Shown here: positions 63,700-64,000 of the stretch, one piece after another
Position numbering within the stretch: the first letter of the stretch is position 1
How the letters are laid out: each line of letters begins with the position of its first letter
DNA from: the human T2T-CHM13v2.0 reference genome, Homo sapiens
Direction: 5' to 3' (one strand)
NCBI RefSeq assembly: GCF_009914755.1
Contig: NC_060935.1
Length of the DNA: 64,000 bases
The notes under the pieces: generated by a model
What the model was told of the DNA's origin: nothing
The model's database searches: none
Seen by the model: only the letters and a program-made list of their open reading frames with translations
Made by a program: the position numbers and the translations under genes

Positions 63700-64000
63700 T
63701 CTTCCCATTAAGGGGTGGAGTCTATTTCCCCAATCTTTGAATTTAGGCTGTTCTTGTGACTTTCTTTGGTCAATAGAATGTGGTAGAAATGACAGAGTAC
63801 CAATTCCAAACCTAGGTCTAAAAAGGCCTTGTCCACGTCCACTCACGTTTGTGGAACCCTGCCACTGCCACGTGAGCAAGCCCACGCTAGTCTACTAAAT
63901 GATCAGAGACTCATGTCTCAGCCAACATCCAGCCAATCACCACATGTGTGGGTGAGGCCATCCGAGGCAAGCCAGCCCCCAGCCTATCCCCCAGGTCTCT
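63700..64000 (+). mobile_element. MLT1 LTR (truncated by the window end)
   Basis: gtggagtctatttcccc..ttgtgact..tggtcaatagaatgtggtagaaatgac motif. Confidence 0.65.

Overview
Primate (almost certainly human) genomic DNA, AT-rich and Alu-dense. It contains the 3' part of ELMOD1 (ELMO-domain ARF-family GAP) on the + strand. I reconstructed ten coding exons by hand (5552-40343). All have GT-AG boundaries, read in frame and total 988 nt; with the 17-nt upstream coding piece (MKHFLR, outside the window, from memory) this gives the 334-aa protein. One exon is a 24-nt microexon, and the 3'UTR runs to about 41.9 kb. The largest intron carries an antisense, Alu-fragmented processed pseudogene of MOB4 (phocein). 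The rest is intronic or intergenic sequence with about 35 Alus plus L1, L2, MIR, MaLR/ERV LTR, DNA-transposon relics and microsatellites. Almost all ORFs in the supplied track are Alu or low-complexity artefacts. I see no evidence of a new multi-gene system. The most interesting leads are: (i) an apparently L1-retroposed, polyadenylated ERV1 (MER51-like) LTR fragment next to an exon; (ii) a phase-2 modular exon block, with two extra candidate in-frame microexons and a 9-nt tandem acceptor; (iii) stop-free circRNA potential; (iv) the antisense MOB4 retrocopy; (v) a 66-bp locally templated insertion. Gene, exon-number and repeat-family names come from recall of known sequences, not from a database search.
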